A stretch of 64,000 nt of DNA, taken from contig CANRGE010000002.1 of NCBI GenBank assembly GCA_947630065.1, forward strand, positions 10,535-74,534. The letters run 5' to 3'. The position numbers and the translations under genes are program-made. A model generated the notes under the pieces. That model was given only the letters and a program-made list of their open reading frames with translations. It made no database searches and was not told the origin of the DNA. Position 1 is the first letter of the stretch; every line of letters begins with the position of its first letter. The stretch comes from an uncultured Clostridia bacterium. GTDB lineage: Bacteria; Bacillota; Clostridia; TANB77; CAG-508. Below are positions 21,521 through 30,717 of the stretch, piece by piece.

Positions 21521-23009
21521 CCTTCGTTTTTTCTTTTTGCATAATTTCTTCTATTATTTCTTTTACTATTATTCTTTCATCAAATGGATGTTTTACATGA
21601 TTAATTTCTTGATATGGTTCATGACCTTTTCCTGCTAATACTATTATGTCTTTCTTATTTGCCATTAATATAGCTTGTTTTATTGCTTCTTTTCTATCTG
21701 TAATACATGTATATTGCCCTTTTGTCTTTTTTATTCCAACTTCAATTTGAGATACTATTTTATCTGGATCTTCTGTTCTTGGATTATCACTTGTAATTAT
21801 TGTATAATCTGCAACTCTGCCAGATACTTCTCCCATAAGTGGTCTTTTTATTGGGTCTCTATCTCCACCACATCCAAATACTGAAATTACTCTTCCTTTT
21901 GTGTATGATTTAACTGCTTGTAATATACTTTCTAAACTTTCTGGTGTATGAGCATAATCTATCATTATAACTAATTCTTTTTTATTATCTACAAGTTCAC
22001 TTCTTCCTGGTACTTTTACTGTCTCTAATGCTTCTTTTATGTTATCCGCATTTGCACCTAATTTTGTTGTTGCACATATTGCTGCAAGTGAATTATATAC
22101 ACTAAATCTTCCTGGTATATCTACTTTTATTCTTTCATTTTTATTATCTATTTTTACTTTAAAATCAACATATGAGTTTGTTATTGTTATATCTTTTGCA
22201 AGTGTATTGCAAAAATTATCTATTCCATATGTACTAATTTCAGGGCAACTTACAAGTTTTGGAATTTTTGCTCCATGTATATCATCTGCATTTATATATG
22301 CAACTTTACACATATTAAATAATTTTAATTTTGACTCAAAATAATCTTGCATATCTGGATGTTCATTTTTGCTTATATGCTCTTGTGCTAAATTTGTGAA
22401 TATTCCTATATCAAAATCACATCCATCCACTCTATGTAATTTTAAGCTTTGAGAAGATACTTCCATAACTACTACGTCTACTTTTTCTTCTACCATTTGT
22501 GCAAATATTTTTTGTAGTTTTATACTTTCTGGAGTTGTTCTTGAACTTTCTTCTATTAATTTATCTCCTATATATATTGCTATTGTTCCAATAAGTCCAA
22601 CCTTTTTACCTTGTTTTTCTAATATTCTTTTAATCATATATGTTGTTGTAGTTTTTCCTTTTGTTCCTGTTACACCTATTAATTTAAACTTTCTTGATGG
22701 ATTATTATAAAAATTACATGCACAAGTAGCAAGAGCTATTCTTGTATCTGGTACTACAAGTAATGTAACATCTTCTGGTATGTTTAATTTTTTTATATCA
22801 ACTGTTTCTTGTACCATTATTACTTTTGCACCATTTTCTATTGCATTTGGAATATACTCTACTCCGTCTGTCTCAAATCCTTGTATTGCTATAAACATTC
22901 CATTGTTCTTTATATTTCTTGAATCTGAATCTACATTTTCTATATTTAATTCTATGTTTCCTTTTGCTTTAATTCCTTCTATACCAATTAAAATTTCTTT
23001 TAATTCCAT
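21513..23009 (-). CDS. murE: UDP-N-acetylmuramoyl-L-alanyl-D-glutamate--2,6-diaminopimelate ligase MurE
   Basis: 498 aa with the GVTGTKGKTTT P-loop and the DNPR motif typical of meso-DAP-adding MurE. Confidence 0.93.
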   Translation of the reverse strand: MELKEILIGIEGIKAKGNIELNIENVDSDSRNIKNNGMFIAIQGFETDGVEYIPNAIENGAKVIMVQETVDIKKLNIPEDVTLLVVPDTRIALATCACNFYNNPSRKFKLIGVTGTKGKTTTTYMIKRILEKQGKKVGLIGTIAIYIGDKLIEESSRTTPESIKLQKIFAQMVEEKVDVVVMEVSSQSLKLHRVDGCDFDIGIFTNLAQEHISKNEHPDMQDYFESKLKLFNMCKVAYINADDIHGAKIPKLVSCPEISTYGIDNFCNTLAKDITITNSYVDFKVKIDNKNERIKVDIPGRFSVYNSLAAICATTKLGANADNIKEALETVKVPGRSELVDNKKELVIMIDYAHTPESLESILQAVKSYTKGRVISVFGCGGDRDPIKRPLMGEVSGRVADYTIITSDNPRTEDPDKIVSQIEVGIKKTKGQYTCITDRKEAIKQAILMANKKDIIVLAGKGHEPYQEINHVKHPFDERIIVKEIIEEIMQKEKTKGE

Positions 23010-23194
23010 ATACTTTCCCCCTGTACTTACATTTTTCCAATGCTATTATATAACTAAATCTTCTTTTTGTACACACATTTTTTTTATTTTATACATCTTA
23101 TTCTTATATTATTTATTTATGAGTAATAAGCAATTTTAAAATGCTTATAAAAACAAAAAACAGATTATTAAATTTAATCTGCTTTTTGTTTTTA

Positions 23195-23332
23195 TTATTC
23201 TTCTACTTTTTCAAACATATCTTTTCCTACTCCACATAATGGACAAACCCAATCATCTGGTAAATCTTCAAATTTTACACCTTCTGCAGATTCATCATAT
23301 ATATGTCCACATACAGTACATTTGTATTTCAT
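23195..23332 (-). CDS. Rubredoxin (45 aa; below the ORF-track length cutoff)
   Basis: My translation is [45 protein letters not shown], with two CxxC pairs and the DDWxCPxCG motif. A strong SD (GGGGGTG) lies 6 nt upstream and a hairpin lies downstream at ~23151-23193. Confidence 0.9.
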   Translation of the reverse strand: MKYKCTVCGHIYDESAEGVKFEDLPDDWVCPLCGVGKDMFEKVEE

Positions 23333-23433
23333 ATATTCACCCCCTGCATACATTTTTATTTATATTTACTTTATAATAACATTACTACATTTTTTTCGCA
23401 AGGAGTTTTATAAATCATTTTAAATTTACTTTT

Positions 23434-24609
23434 TTATACTATTTCTTCTAGCATATTTATAAAATTTTTATAATATTGTTCTATATCAAATTTTTTTGCT
23501 TGTTTTTTTCCTTCTTGTCCCATTTTTATTCTTATATCTTTATTTTCTATTAGATAATCCATTTTTTCAGTCATATTTTCAATTAAATTATCATCTTTTT
23601 CTAGAATATAAGCACATTTTTCATTAACTACTTCTGGTATTCCTCCCGATCTTGTTGTAATTATTGGTAAACCACTTGCCATTGATTCTACTAAAACTAA
23701 TCCAAATAATTCTTCCCACATAGATGGTAATACAACAATATCGGATATTGCATGTATTTTATATAATTCTCTATTCTGTATATAACCTGTAAATTTAATT
23801 TTGTCTTTAACGTCTTCTGATATCTTTTCTAGTTCATAATCATATTCAGTTTTTATTTCTTGTGCATAATGAGAATTTCCAACAATTAATAGTTTTGCAT
23901 TGTTTAAGTTTTTTAAAGCTTTAAAACTAGTTATTAATTCTTTAATTCCTTTTTCTTTTATTGTTCTGCCAAAAAACATTATAACTGTATCATTTTCATT
24001 TATTTGATACTTTTTTTTCAATTGTAGTTTTTCCTCATTTGAAACTTCTTTAGAAAAATCTTGAGTTACTATTCCATTATATAGCAGTTTAATTTTTTCT
24101 TCTTTTATTTTTTTATCTTGCATTATTAATTTTTTGGTATATTTACTAATAGCTATAAAATATTCATATATTTTGTTATTAATTTTATTATCTCCTAATA
24201 CATTTCCATGAATATGTACTAAAAATCTTTGATTTGGCATTTTGTTTATTAAATATTCATATCCTGTAATATCTCCGCCTTCAACTATAATAAAATCATA
24301 TATAGTATCATTTATTTTATCATAAATTTTATCCATATAAGATTTAAAAGTATCATCTACTGTATTGAAAGTTAAATCTACCTCTTTTTTTCTTTCATCA
24401 TTTTTAATATAAATAAAATTTGTATTTTTATATTCTTTGCTTAAATCTGCAGCATTTTTCTCATATATACTAACACAAGTACAATCCAATAAATGTTGTT
24501 TCTCATTTTCTTTTAAAAAATTAGTAATTAACATTTCTGTTGCTCCACCTAGTGTTGCTGGTACTGGAAATACATTTGGCATTATAAAACATATTTTCAT
24601 TTTTTTCAT
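23434..24609 (-). CDS. Glycosyltransferase family 4 (GT-B, group 1)
   Basis: 391 aa with the C-terminal EX7E-type motif EELFGLVLVESMASGLPIITTRSGGIPEVV. Confidence 0.85.
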   Translation of the reverse strand: MKKMKICFIMPNVFPVPATLGGATEMLITNFLKENEKQHLLDCTCVSIYEKNAADLSKEYKNTNFIYIKNDERKKEVDLTFNTVDDTFKSYMDKIYDKINDTIYDFIIVEGGDITGYEYLINKMPNQRFLVHIHGNVLGDNKINNKIYEYFIAISKYTKKLIMQDKKIKEEKIKLLYNGIVTQDFSKEVSNEEKLQLKKKYQINENDTVIMFFGRTIKEKGIKELITSFKALKNLNNAKLLIVGNSHYAQEIKTEYDYELEKISEDVKDKIKFTGYIQNRELYKIHAISDIVVLPSMWEELFGLVLVESMASGLPIITTRSGGIPEVVNEKCAYILEKDDNLIENMTEKMDYLIENKDIRIKMGQEGKKQAKKFDIEQYYKNFINMLEEIV

Positions 24610-25571
24610 TACATTACCTCATCCATTATCTTATCAAATATATCTATTGCAAAATCATTATTATATGTTTTTTTAGACATATTTTTCAATTCTTTTATTG
24701 CATTTTCTATCTCTATAGTTTTTTCAGCACTATCTATATATTTAATATATCCTAAATTTTCAAACCATTTTGCACTATATTTTATTTTATGATTATAGTT
24801 ATCTAATGCTATACATGGTGTTGCTGTTATTGCTGCAAATATCATTCCATGCAATCTATCTGTTATTACTAATTCACTTTCTCTATATTTGTCTAACATT
24901 TCGTTTAGGTTGTCTTCTCTTTCCGTCTGAATTATAGTACCACCTTTTGCTGTATCTGTATATTCTATTTTATCAAAATATTTTTTTACACTATCAGTTA
25001 TTTTTTCTTTTGTTTCATTTTTTATTTTTGATTCTTCATCATTTCTTAAGATTATTAAAGCTCCTTTTCTGCTTGAAGCTGTTGTATCTGAAGATTTATT
25101 AAGTATTGTAACAATATCTGGCGAAAAATATATCTTATTATCCTTCAATTCTTTTCTCATAATTTCGTATGTTTTTTCCTCTCTAGCGAAAAATGTAAGA
25201 TCCTTATGATTACCATAAATCTCTTTACTTTTTTCTAATTCATCAATTCCATTTTGTGTATCACTGAAATGCATTGTTTGAGGAAATACAATTATTTTAT
25301 TGTTAGGAAATGTTTGTACAACTTTTCTCCTTCCATTTTCAGTGAATGGGTATTTATCTCCTAGATTTCCACCACCATGTAACATAATTATGTCATCATC
25401 TGATATGTGTTTTTTTATATTTTCTATACATCTTTCTACATTTTCTTCTGATACTTCAGCATATTCATAGTCTGGAAAGTATTTTTCTATAAATTCTTTT
25501 TCTGCAATGGCAATTGCATGGTCTCCTAAATTACTATGATGTGGCACTCCAATTAAAATTACTTTTTTCAT
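24609..25571 (-). CDS. Polysaccharide pyruvyl transferase family protein (CsaB-like)
   Basis: 320 aa with an N-terminal GVPHHSNLGDHAI motif and TDRLHG near the C-terminus. It is flanked by glycosyltransferases. Confidence 0.7.
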   Translation of the reverse strand: MKKVILIGVPHHSNLGDHAIAIAEKEFIEKYFPDYEYAEVSEENVERCIENIKKHISDDDIIMLHGGGNLGDKYPFTENGRRKVVQTFPNNKIIVFPQTMHFSDTQNGIDELEKSKEIYGNHKDLTFFAREEKTYEIMRKELKDNKIYFSPDIVTILNKSSDTTASSRKGALIILRNDEESKIKNETKEKITDSVKKYFDKIEYTDTAKGGTIIQTEREDNLNEMLDKYRESELVITDRLHGMIFAAITATPCIALDNYNHKIKYSAKWFENLGYIKYIDSAEKTIEIENAIKELKNMSKKTYNNDFAIDIFDKIMDEVM

Positions 25572-25619
25572 AAATACCTCCTTTTATGTATATTTTTCTG
25601 CAAATTTTTTGTTGAAGCA

Positions 25620-26228
25620 TTAAATAATTACCTCATTTAATACTTCAACAAAAAATTTCTCTATATTTTCATCATATTTTATTATGTTTATACTACAATT
25701 TTTTTGACTATATTCTTCTACTTTTTCTGTAAAATTTTCATTTGTTATTTTTCTTAAGAAAGCTTCTATTGCAACCCCATGTGAACATATTAATATTGTT
25801 TTTCCAACATTTTGTCTAGAAATTTTTAAAATTTCTAAATACATCCTTTTTCCTACTTCTTCAGTAGTTTCTTGTTGTGGAATACACATTATTTCATTTG
25901 TTTCTATATGTTTTTGATTAATTAATGGGTTAATTTTATTTACATCTTCCCATTTCCATCCATCATAAATTCCAAAATACATCTCACAAAGATTTTCATT
26001 TTCTATTATTGGAATATTATTCTTATTTGCTAAACTCTCAATAGTTTTTCTTGTTCTTTTAGATGTGCTACAATATGCAATATCAAACTTTACATTAGAT
26101 AATTTTTTATCTAATGTAGTTATATATTTTTTACCCTCAGGTGTTATTTCGTAATCACATCTACCAGTTAATCTTTTTTCTATATTTCCAATAGTTTGAG
26201 TATGTCTTACTAAATATATTGTCGTCAT
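25620..26228 (-). CDS. Histidine phosphatase family (phosphoglycerate mutase-like) protein
   Basis: 202 aa with the N-terminal catalytic motif IYLVRHTQTIGN and a downstream SHG. Confidence 0.8.
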   Translation of the reverse strand: MTTIYLVRHTQTIGNIEKRLTGRCDYEITPEGKKYITTLDKKLSNVKFDIAYCSTSKRTRKTIESLANKNNIPIIENENLCEMYFGIYDGWKWEDVNKINPLINQKHIETNEIMCIPQQETTEEVGKRMYLEILKISRQNVGKTILICSHGVAIEAFLRKITNENFTEKVEEYSQKNCSINIIKYDENIEKFFVEVLNEVII

Positions 26229-27115
26229 ATATTAACCTCTTCGTCTGTTGCGTCATATTGATAATTTCTTTTTTCAAAAACAGGATTATTAGTATTGTTT
26301 TTCATTGATTTTAATATACAACATACTTTTTTTGGCAAACTTTCAGTCTCTTTTTTTATAAATGTTAACAAATATGGTTTATATTTTTCTGGTGTCATTT
26401 CGTATAATTTCATTAATTCAGATAACATTACATACATATCTGAACATCTTTTTAAGTTTGGTGTAGACATTATACTTCCTTGTCTATTTCTTATGTAATT
26501 ATATATTGGAAATTCTCCATATGTAATTTTATTAGCCAATATTGTCGCTTTTATGGAATAAACCATATCCTCGTAATACATATTTTCTATAAATTTTATA
26601 TTATTATCTTCTAAAAATTTTCTTTTCCAACATTTACTTGAAACTGCGAAATGCATGTCACAAGTAATTCTAGCTTCTTTTGTAGAATTTTCAGCATTTG
26701 GCAAATATACTTTATTACTACCTCCAATATATTTTACCCCAAAATACGCTATATCAGGGGCATCTTTTATTGTTTCATTTATTTTTTCTAAAGAAGTATT
26801 TTCATATAAAGTATCATCTGCATCTAAATATAATATGTATTCACCCGCAGCTTTTCTGCAAGCTATATTTCTACATTTTCCTAGTCCTTCATTTTTCTTG
26901 TTATTTATTATTTTTAATTGTTTATAATTTTTCAATTTTAGTAATGTTCTATCAGTTGAAGCATCATTTACTACTATAACTTCAAAATTTTTATATGTTT
27001 GATTTAATACACTGTTTATACATTCTTCTACATAATTTTCTACATTATATGCACATATTATTACTGAAAATTTTATTTTTTTCAAAATATTCCCTCTTTT
27101 CCTATTTTCATGCAA
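26225..27115 (-). CDS. Glycosyltransferase family 2
   Basis: 296 aa with FSVIICAYNVENYVEECINSVLNQTY...VVNDASTD and a DADD motif. Confidence 0.85.
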   Translation of the reverse strand: MHENRKRGNILKKIKFSVIICAYNVENYVEECINSVLNQTYKNFEVIVVNDASTDRTLLKLKNYKQLKIINNKKNEGLGKCRNIACRKAAGEYILYLDADDTLYENTSLEKINETIKDAPDIAYFGVKYIGGSNKVYLPNAENSTKEARITCDMHFAVSSKCWKRKFLEDNNIKFIENMYYEDMVYSIKATILANKITYGEFPIYNYIRNRQGSIMSTPNLKRCSDMYVMLSELMKLYEMTPEKYKPYLLTFIKKETESLPKKVCCILKSMKNNTNNPVFEKRNYQYDATDEEVNI

Positions 27116-27159
27116 TTAAAAATATTATATCATATATTTTAAGAATTTAAAAGTATTTT

Positions 27160-27207
27160 TTTCAAAAAACGCGAAATCTTAACAATTATTTAAGATTTCG
27201 CGTTTTT
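27160..27207 (-). terminator. Rho-independent terminator after pyrI
   Basis: AACGCGAAATCTTA / TAAGATTTCGCGTT stem immediately after the pyrI stop, with a T-run on the minus strand. Confidence 0.75.
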
Positions 27208-27627
27208 TTATTCTTCTTTTATTGTTTCACAATATTTACATCTATATATTTTTTTATCTTTATCTGTTAGTACAAATACATGTGTTAAATCTGTTTCTTG
27301 TGCCGTAATGCATCTTGGATTTTTGCATTTAATTGTGTTTACTATTTCTTTTGGTAGCTCTACATGATATTTATCTACTCTTTCATCATTTTTTATTATA
27401 TTTATTGTTATATTGGAGTCTAAATATCCTAATATATCCAAATCTAAGTCTATGCTTTTATCTATTTTTATAATATCTTTCTTGCCCATTTTTTTGCTTT
27501 TTGCATTGGTTATTATTGCTACTGAACAATCTAAGTCCCCTAAATTTAATGCATTATAAATTTCTAAACCTTTTTTGGCTTTTATATGGTCAATCACTAT
27601 ACCATTTTTTATACTATCTATATTCAT
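27208..27627 (-). CDS. pyrI: Aspartate carbamoyltransferase regulatory subunit
   Basis: 139 aa with a C-terminal zinc domain, CKNPRC...CKYC. Confidence 0.9.
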   Translation of the reverse strand: MNIDSIKNGIVIDHIKAKKGLEIYNALNLGDLDCSVAIITNAKSKKMGKKDIIKIDKSIDLDLDILGYLDSNITINIIKNDERVDKYHVELPKEIVNTIKCKNPRCITAQETDLTHVFVLTDKDKKIYRCKYCETIKEE

Positions 27628-27670
27628 ATTTTATATTTCCTTTCTTTGTTTGTAGAAGTCACAATTTGCT

Positions 27671-28585
27671 TTATTTTATTTCTAATAATTTTAATATTAA
27701 TGCCATTCTTATATATTTTCCATATCTTACTTGTTTAAAATAACATGCTCTTGGATCATCATCTACTTCTGTTGCTATTTCATTTACTCTTGGTAATGGG
27801 TGCATTATACATAAATCTTCTTTAGCTGTTTCTAATTTATTTTTGTTTAGTATATAGTAATCTTTTAATCTTAAATAATCTTCCTCATTAAAGAATCTTT
27901 CTTTTTGTACTCTTGTCATATATAGAATGTCTAATTCATTCATATATTTTTCTAAATCGTTTGTTTCTACGTATTCTATATTATTTTTTTCTAGTATTTC
28001 TTCTTTTATATATTCTGGTATTTTTAATTCTTCTGGAGAAATTAGTATGAATTTTATATTTTTATATCTCGACATTGCTGTTATTAAAGAATGTACTGTT
28101 CTTCCAAATTTTAGATCTCCACATAATCCTATAGTTAAATTATCTAATCTTTTTTTCTCACATGATATAGTTAAAAGGTCTGTTAATGTTTGTGTTGGAT
28201 GGTTATGTCCTCCATCTCCAGCGTTTATTATTGGTACAGTTGATTTTATTGATGCTACTAATGGTGCTCCTTCTTTTGGATGTCTCATAGCAATAATATC
28301 ACTATAGCATCCTACTGTTCTAATTGTATCTGAAACACTTTCGCCTTTTGCAGTTGAACTTGATGAAGCTGATGAAAAACCTATTACATTTCCACCTAAT
28401 TCAATCATAGCACTTTCAAAACTAAGTCTTGTCCTTGTACTTGGCTCAAAAAATAAAGTAGCTAATTTCTTATGCTTACATTTTTCTGAATATTTTTCAG
28501 GGTTTTGCATAATATCTTTAGCTACTTTTATTAACTCTTCAATTTCTTGTACTGATAAATCTTTAATATCAATTAAATGCTTCAT
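27671..28585 (-). CDS. pyrB: Aspartate carbamoyltransferase catalytic subunit
   Basis: 304 aa with [17 protein letters not shown] and HPLPR motifs. Confidence 0.96.
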   Translation of the reverse strand: MKHLIDIKDLSVQEIEELIKVAKDIMQNPEKYSEKCKHKKLATLFFEPSTRTRLSFESAMIELGGNVIGFSSASSSSTAKGESVSDTIRTVGCYSDIIAMRHPKEGAPLVASIKSTVPIINAGDGGHNHPTQTLTDLLTISCEKKRLDNLTIGLCGDLKFGRTVHSLITAMSRYKNIKFILISPEELKIPEYIKEEILEKNNIEYVETNDLEKYMNELDILYMTRVQKERFFNEEDYLRLKDYYILNKNKLETAKEDLCIMHPLPRVNEIATEVDDDPRACYFKQVRYGKYIRMALILKLLEIK

Positions 28586-28699
28586 ATTTTCCTCCTATTT
28601 TTATTGTTTTTTATGTTTTATCAAAAAAAACGACATATGTCAATCTTTTTATAAATATTTGTTGAATTTAATTTGTTAAATTTAATTATTTTTGAGAAT

Positions 28700-28848
28700 A
28701 TAGAAATAATAAGATAAAAAACGAGTTCGACCCTGAGAAGCGACAGCGCCACAATGCTTTTGCTAAGAATAGTGTGTCTCAGTATTTCTTAAAACCAATT
28801 TATCTAAAACGCCTTGGAGAACGGAATTTTTTAGCTTATTATTTCTAT
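28700..28848 (-). mobile_element. Family-B MITE-like element, copy 2 (inverted relative to copy 1)
   Basis: Same 21-bp TIRs. The interior is nearly identical to the reverse complement of 15522-15670, with a handful of substitutions. Confidence 0.8.
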
Positions 28849-28920
28849 ATTACTATATTTATTATTCATTTATAATAAATAATAGACTTATTAAAATAAG
28901 CCTATTATTTATATATTTAT

Positions 28921-30684
28921 CTATATATCATATTTTGGTTTTGGTGTGTATTTTGTATGTAAATATTTATGTGCTATGTGACTTCCTGGTTTTTCTAAAA
29001 ATTCTTTATATAATTGCTTCATTACAGGATTTTCATGTGATTTTCTTATAACACTCTTTTCATCAATTTTATAAATTGCATCTGCTCTTTTCTTTCTTAC
29101 ATCTACTGTTGCTCTTATTTTAGAACTTTTTATTGGCTGTCCACCACCCATTACACACCCACCTGGGCATGCCATTATTTCTATAAAATGATATGGTGAT
29201 TTGCCTTGTTTTATTTCGTCCATAATTTTTCTTGCATTTGCAAGTCCACTAGCAACTGCTATTTTTATTTCTTTTCCAGCAATATTTAAGTTTGCTTGTT
29301 TTATTCCTTTTGCTCCTCTAATTTCATGATATTCTATATTGTCTATACTTTTATTTTCTAATGTATCTACAGCAGTTCTTATTGCTGCTTCCATTACTCC
29401 TCCTGTTGTTCCAAAAATTGCTCCTGCTCCACTTGCTTCTCCCATTGGATTGTCAAATTCGCTATCTTCTAATTGTGTAAAATCTATATTTGCTTGTTTA
29501 AACATTTTTGCTAATTCCCTTGTTGTTATTACATAATCTACATCTCGAACTCCATCTACTTCCATTTCTGGTCTTGTACATTCATATTTCTTAGCTATAC
29601 ATGGCATAACAGATACTGTACATATTTTGTTTTTGTCTATTCCATATTTTTCTGCAAAGTATGATTTAATTATTGCACCAAACATTTGATGTGGAGATTT
29701 ACAACTTGATAAATGTCCTAATAAATCCCCATAATTTTTTTCTGCAAATCTTACCCATCCTGGACTACAAGATGTAATCATTGGTAAAACTCCACCATTT
29801 TGTATTCTTTCTATAAATTCATTTGCTTCTTCCATTATGGTTAAATCTGCTCCTGTATTTGTGTCAAATACTTTGTCAAATCCAAGTCTTTTTAGTCCTG
29901 TTACCATTTTTCCTTTTGCATTTGTTCCAATTGGCATTCCAAATTCTTCGCCTATTGCAACTCTTACTGCTGGAGCTGTTTGAACTACTACATATGTATC
30001 TTTATTTTTTAATTTTTCCCAAACCTCATTTATAGATTCTTTTTCATGTAGTGCTCCTGTTGGACATGACTCTATACATTGTCCACAAAATGTACAGTCT
30101 ACATCATTTAAACTACAATCATATGTTGTAGAAATACATGCATCAAATCCTCTATTTACACTTTCTATAGCTGATATTCCTTGAACATTTTTACATGTTG
30201 ATACACATCTTCTGCATAATACACATTTGTTAGGTTCTCTTACAATTGCTGGTGATTTATCGTCAATTGGTTGTTTTTTTATTTCTCCTGCAAATTCTAT
30301 ATCTCTTAAATTAAATTTTTCTGCTAAAGCTTGTAATTCACAGTTTCCTGAACGAGTACATACTAAGCAATCTTTTACATGGTTTGATAGTAATAAATCA
30401 AGTGTTACTTTTCTTGCTTGTATTACTTCTTCTGTATTTGTTTTTACTACCATTCCTTCTTCTACTTTTTGTATACACGAAGTTGCAAATCCTCTTCTTC
30501 CTTCTATTTCAACAATGCACATTCTGCAATCTCCAACTTCGTTTATATCTTTTAAAAAGCATAATGTAGGTATATCTATTCCAATTTCTCTTGCAGCTTG
30601 TAATATTGTTGTTCCTTTTTTTGCTTTTACTGGTATTCCATCTATATTCAAGTTTACTAAATCTTTTTCCATATTTATTATCAT
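28921..30684 (-). CDS. hydA: [FeFe]-hydrogenase catalytic subunit (HydA/HndD type)
   Basis: 587 aa with an N-terminal 2Fe-2S ferredoxin fold, several Cys clusters and the H-cluster motifs TSCSPGW, MPCIAKK and MACPGGCVMGGGQP. Confidence 0.93.
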   Translation of the reverse strand: MIINMEKDLVNLNIDGIPVKAKKGTTILQAAREIGIDIPTLCFLKDINEVGDCRMCIVEIEGRRGFATSCIQKVEEGMVVKTNTEEVIQARKVTLDLLLSNHVKDCLVCTRSGNCELQALAEKFNLRDIEFAGEIKKQPIDDKSPAIVREPNKCVLCRRCVSTCKNVQGISAIESVNRGFDACISTTYDCSLNDVDCTFCGQCIESCPTGALHEKESINEVWEKLKNKDTYVVVQTAPAVRVAIGEEFGMPIGTNAKGKMVTGLKRLGFDKVFDTNTGADLTIMEEANEFIERIQNGGVLPMITSCSPGWVRFAEKNYGDLLGHLSSCKSPHQMFGAIIKSYFAEKYGIDKNKICTVSVMPCIAKKYECTRPEMEVDGVRDVDYVITTRELAKMFKQANIDFTQLEDSEFDNPMGEASGAGAIFGTTGGVMEAAIRTAVDTLENKSIDNIEYHEIRGAKGIKQANLNIAGKEIKIAVASGLANARKIMDEIKQGKSPYHFIEIMACPGGCVMGGGQPIKSSKIRATVDVRKKRADAIYKIDEKSVIRKSHENPVMKQLYKEFLEKPGSHIAHKYLHTKYTPKPKYDI

Positions 30685-30717
30685 TCCTTTCTAGGCTTAA
30701 ATATAACTTGTTGCTTT

